Shown here in pieces: positions 58,790 to 64,000 of a stretch of DNA of 64,000 nt (positions are counted from its first letter, which is position 1; the number at the start of each line of letters is the position of its first letter). Made by a program: the position numbers and the translations under genes. Source of the DNA: Mobula hypostoma (taxonomy: Eukaryota); the NCBI RefSeq assembly GCF_963921235.1, contig NC_086108.1, forward strand, positions 101,992,001 through 102,056,000, read 5' to 3'. The notes under the pieces were generated by a model that saw nothing but the letters and a program-made list of their open reading frames with translations, was not told where the DNA came from and made no database searches.

Positions 58790-61700
58790 TACATCTGGCT
58801 AACCACACAATCAATGCGTCTCATCATCTTATAAATCTCTATCAGGTCACTTCTCACCCTCTGTCGCTCCAAGGAGAAAAGTCCAAGTTCACTCAACCTG
58901 CTCTCAGAAGGCATGCTCTCCAATCCAGGCAACATCCTTGTAAATCTCCTCTGCACTCTCTCTATAGTATCTATATCCTTCCTGCAGTGAGATGACCAGA
59001 AATGAACACAGTACTCCAAGTGGAGTCTAACTAAGGTCTTGTATAGCTTTAACATTACCTCACGGCTCTTGAACTCAATCCCGCGGTTGATGAAGGCCAT
59101 TACACCATACTCCTTCTTAACAACACTGTCAATCTGCACAGCAGCTTTGAGTGTCTCATGGACATAAATTCCAAGATTTTGCTGATCCTTCACACTGCCA
59201 AGAGTCTTACCATTAATATTATGTTCTGTCTTCAAATTTGACCTACCAAAATGAACCACTTCACTCTTACCTGGGTTGAACTCCATCTGTCACTTCTCAG
59301 CCCAGCTCTGCATCCTATCAATGTCCTGCTGTAACCTTAACAGCCCTCCAGATTATCCAAAAACCCCCAACATTTGTATCATTGGCAAACCCACTAACCC
59401 ACCCTTCTATTTCCTCATCCAGGTCATTTATAAAAATAACAAACAGGAAGGTTCCCAGAACAGATCCATGCAGAACCTCACTGGTAACCATCCTCCATGG
59501 AAAATACGAACCATCTACAAATACCTTTGCCTTCTGTGGGCTAGCCAATTTTGGATCAACAATTTTGGATCTCCTTGGATCCCATTCCTCATTACTTTCT
59601 GTATGAGCTTTACATGGGGAACCATATCAAATGCCTTACTGGAATCTATATACATTACATCCACTACTCTACTTTCATCAATATACTTTGTTACATCCTC
59701 AAAAAACTCAATTAGACTTTTAAGGCAAGACCTGCCCTTGACAAAGCCATGCTAACTATCCCTAATCAGAGCATTATCTCCAAATACTCATAAATTCTAC
59801 CTCTCGGGATCTTCTCCAACAACTTGCCCAACAGTGAAGTAAGACTCACTGGTGTATAATATCCTGGGTTATCTCTACTCCCTTTCTTGAACAAGGGAAC
59901 AACATTTGCAACCTTCCAATCCTCTAGTACTTCTCCCATCCCTATTGATGATGCAAAGATCACCGCCCGAGGCTCAGCAATCTCCTGTCTCGCTTTGCAC
60001 AGTAGCCTGGGGTATATCTTGTCTGTCCCAGTGACTTATCTAACTGCTCCAGCACATCCTCTTTCTTAATGTCTATGCACACAAGCATTCCAGTCAGTTG
60101 TAATTCATCCCCAAAATCACCAAGGTCCTATTCACTGGTGAATACTGAAGCAAAGTATTCATTAAGTACCTCCGCTTCCTCCTCTGACTCCATGTACATC
60201 TTTACATTATCGCACCTGATTGGTCCTATTTTCACATAGCTCATCCTCTTGCTCTTTACATACTTGAAGAATGCCTTGGGGATTTCCTAATCCTGCTCAC
60301 CAAGGCCTTCTCATGGCCCCTTCTATTCTCCTAATTTCATTCTTCAGCTCCTTCCTGGCACTCTTGCAATTTTCTAGAGCTCTAACAATAGCTAGTTTTT
60401 TGAATCTTTCATTAGTTTTTTCTTTCTTCTTAACTAGATTTTCTACATCCTTTGTACACCCTTTTATCCTACCATCCTTTTCCTGCCTCAATGGAACATA
60501 CCTATGCAGAAGGCTATGCAAATGTTTCTTGGACATTTGCCACATTTCTGCCATGCATTTCCTTGAGAATATTTTCTCCCAATTTATATTCCCAAGTTTC
60601 TGCCTAATAGCATCATATCTCCCCCTACCCCAATTAAACACAAAATAACCTGCAGATACTGGGGTCAAATCAATACTCACAACACACTGGAGGAGCTCAG
60701 CAGGTCCTGATGAAGGGTTCCGGCCCGAAACATCGACAGATCTTTTCCATGGTGCTGCCCGACCTGCTGAGCTCCTCCAGCGTGTTGTGAGTATTGTTTT
60801 GACCCCAATTAAATGTTTTCCCAAATTGTCTGCTCCTATTCAGATGCAAAGGAGATAGAATTGTGAACACTACCTCCAAAATGCTCTCCCACTGAGAGAT
60901 GTGACACCTGACCAGGTTCATTTTCCAATACTAATTCAAGAACAGCCTCTCCTCTAGTTGGCTTATCTACATATTGTGTCAGGAAACCTTCCTGAACACA
61001 CCTAACAATCTCCACCCATCTAAACCCCTTGGTCTAAGGAGACACCAGTCAATATTAGGAAAGTTAGAATCACCCATCACAACAACCCTATTATTATTGC
61101 ACCATTCCAGAACCTGCCTCCCTATCTGCTCCTCAATGTCTCTGTTAATATTGGGGGGACTATAAAAACACCTAGTAGAGTTATTGCCCCCTTCCTGTTT
61201 CTGACTTCCAGCCACCCTGACTCTCTCCATGGCTTCCCCCTTTTCTGCAGCTGTGATACTGGCCCTGATAGCAATGCCATGCCCCCACCTCTTTTGCCTC
61301 CCTCCCTGTCCTTTCTGAAACATCTAAACCACGGCACACTCAGCAGCCATTCCTGCCCCTGAGACATCCAAGTCTCTGTAATGACCACAACACCCTCGTT
61401 CTGTGTGTTGATCCAAGCTCTAAGTTCATCCATCTTGTTTATGATACTCCTTGCATTAAAATAGACACATCTCAAACCATGTAGCTGAGTGCATCTTTGC
61501 TCTATCATCGGCTCATCCTTCCTCACAAAATCCCTGCAAGTTGTCTCTGCTTGTGCGCCAACCACCCCATCCTCTGCCTCTTCACTTTGGTTCCCACCCC
61601 CCTGTAAATCTAGTTTAAACTCTCCCCAAAAACATTCGCAAACCTCACTTCCAGGGTATTGGTTCCCATCCAGTTCAGGTACAACCCATCCCACTTGTAC

Positions 61701-62800
61701 AGGTCACCCCTTCCCCAGAAAAGGTTCCAACAATCCAAGGACTTGAAACCCTGCCCCTTGCACCATCTCCTCAGCCACTCATTCATCTGTGCTTGTGGCA
61801 CTGGGAGTAATCCGGAGATGACCACCCTGGAGGTCCGGCTCTTCAGCCTCCTTCCCAACTCCCTAAACTCACTACACAGGGCCTCTACCCCTCTCCTTTC
61901 TACGTCATTGACACCAACATGTACCACGACCTCTGGCTGCTCACCCTCCCCTTCAAGAATATTCTGCAACCGCTCAGAGACATCCAGGACCTTAGAACCC
62001 AGGAGGCAACACATTATCCTAACAACTCTTTTGCTGCTGAAGAATCTCCTATCTGTCCTCCTAACTATTGACTCCCCTATGACTATTGCTCACCCTATCC
62101 TTCTGAGGCTCACAAGTGCAATTGGTCTGGCTGTTGCTGCTTTGCTCATATTGAGCATCACCCACAGCAGTATCCAAAGGGGTATAAATGTTGCTGATGG
62201 GAATGGCCACGGGGACCCTGCTGGGACTTCTTTTTCCCTTCACATCTCTCAATGCTCACCCATCTACCCCTTGAATTCTACACGCTTGGTATAACCACCG
62301 GCTCAAAAGTCATATTTATCAATTGCTCTGCCTCCCAGATGATCCTAAAATTATCCAACTCCAGCTCTAGCTCCTTAATATGGTCTTTCATGAGCGGGAG
62401 TTGGCTGTAATTCCTGCAGGTGTAGTCATCAGGGAGACTAACATGTTCCATCAATTCTCACATTCTACAGGAGGAGCATTCCACTGCCATCTTGCCTGCA
62501 ATGTACAGTGGGCAACTAAGACCAAATCTTCTAACCTGTTTCTTTGGCCCCAGTCTCTTCTCACCAAAGCCTCTTGAGTCAAAGCCTGACGCTCCCATTC
62601 TCACTGCTGGCCCACTCCCAACAACGGCCGCCCCACTTGTCCCTTCTGTACTTTTATTTATTTCACAGCGCTCTGTTCCCACTGCTGATTGGGTCCCTGG
62701 AACATCCAAAAGCCCGTGAAGCTCTCCTTTTATACAAGCTTTGCCGACCTGTGAGTAACCTCCTCAAAGTGCTCTGTACCCGCTGCTGATTGGGCTTCCG
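58790..62800 (-). mobile_element. Near full-length degenerate CR1 LINE: 5' UTR, ORF1 (Cys motif plus SGNH esterase, ~62490-61610) and ORF2 (EN+RT)
   Basis: CCAAT boxes near 62690 and 62790; MAVECSSCRM; esterase blocks VVVHVGVND, ISGLLPVP, DGLYLN, ending SLN*; ORF2 YFNARS, ITETW, EDWKVANV, GFAND, LHLEYC. Confidence 0.9.
60639..60807 (+). mobile_element. ~170-bp fold-back Penelope-derived mini-element with a hammerhead motif in the loop
   Basis: 47-bp inverted arms 60660-60706 and 60761-60807; gtc-ctgatga-a-gggt-tccg-gccc-gaaa-ca-tc-gac at 60704-60737; flanking duplication ACCCCAATTAAA at 60627-60638 and 60802-60813. Confidence 0.8.
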
Positions 62801-63289
62801 GAATATAAATATAGATGTTAAATCTGATAGTTAGGAAAACAGAAATATCTATTTTGAAAAAAAACCTTAAATTTTACAGAATAATGTTCTATTTAGTTTC
62901 CCATTTTAGCTTAGTTTGTTTCCCTTTCTCAGAACAGCATCACAATGGGTTTGTACATGAAAACGTCCATGGCTCATGGATGATAGAAAAATGGAGGTTG
63001 ATTAATCTCTGAGTAGGTTAAAAGATCAGCGCAACATGATGAGTCAAAGGGCCTGTATAGTTCTGTAGTATTCTCTGTACTATGTTCTATGAATCTTTCC
63101 CTTTCAGCACACCTTTTCCATGCCAACCATGAGGTCCATATTAATCTTATTTGCCTGCTTTAGGTCTGTATCTCTCTATGCTTTTCCAAGTACTTGTCCA
63201 AAAGCTTGTTGTTATATGCCTACACTACCTTCGTGGCAACTTATTCCAAATATTCACCACTCTCTGTGGATACTCACCCTATATGGCTT

Positions 63290-64000
63290 TGGAGAAGATC
63301 CAGAAGAGGTTTACTAGGATGCTGCCTGGATTAAAAGGTATGTGCTATAACAAGAGGTTGGACAAAGTTGAATTTTTTTCCTTTGGAGCCAGAAAGGCTG
63401 AAGGGAGATCTGATAGAGGTTTCTAATATTATGGGAAGCATTGACAGAGTAGAGAGTCAGCATCTTATTCCCAGGGTTGAAATGCTTAATACCAGAGGGC
63501 ATTGCATTTAAAGTGGAGGGATAAATTCAGAGAAGTTGTGAGGGACAAGTTTTTTTTTTACACAAAGAGGACTGGATGCCTGGAATGCACTGCAGGGGGT
63601 GGTGGTAGAGGCAAATATACTTGGGATTTTTAAGAGCTGTTTAGATAGGCACATGAATGTGAGGAAAATGGTAGGCAGAAAAAATTAGTTTAGTTGACTA
63701 TTTGACTACTAATGTAATTGGACTGGCACAACACTGTGGACCAAAGGACCTGTTCTGTGCTGTACTGTTCTATGTTCTGTGTTCTCTGTGTGGACCTCCC
63801 TTTACATCTCCTTTAAATTTCTTCCCTCTCATCTTAAACCTGTGCTCTTCAGTTATAGACTCCCATTGCCCTTGGGAAAAAAAGTCTGATTATATCCTAT
63901 TTCAAAATTTTGTTCCTTCTCTATCAGCCTCTTATTTTTCAGGTAGAATATACCAAGCTTATCCAACCTCTCCTTATAACTACAGCCCTTCATTTCAAGA
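63290..64000. mobile_element. Old CR1 3' ends (+ ~63290-63790; - ~63795-64000)
   Basis: LEKIQKRFTRMLPGL; tgttctatgttctgtgttct tail; minus-strand remnant of the same region. Confidence 0.7.

Overview
Eukaryotic (vertebrate) genomic DNA. The repeat content (CR1/HER1-type LINEs with (TTTCTATG)n tails, a V-SINE, Neptune-type Penelope elements, Rex1/Babar LINEs, sushi-like chromoviruses) points to a cartilaginous fish, probably a ray; this is an inference. Most of the window is nested transposable elements. The only host gene is a minus-strand CLCA-family (calcium-activated chloride channel regulator) locus. Its last two coding exons are intact (8911-9138 and 2369-2790) and splice in phase. Upstream lie three decayed CLCA exons (about 23105-23285, 37513-37760, 57837-57997), one of them a paralogous duplicate of the intact penultimate exon. 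Notable signals: (1) a U_UUA_AAC slippery heptamer at the ORF1/ORF2 junction of two different CR1 subfamilies, where ORF2 lies in the -1 frame and, in the intact copy, has no early AUG; (2) about a dozen Penelope-associated minimal hammerhead ribozyme motifs, including one inside a ~170-bp fold-back mini-element; (3) a chromovirus with a self-priming PBS; (4) four-level TE nesting. All calls were made by eye. No database searches or folding were run, and boundaries of old repeats are approximate.
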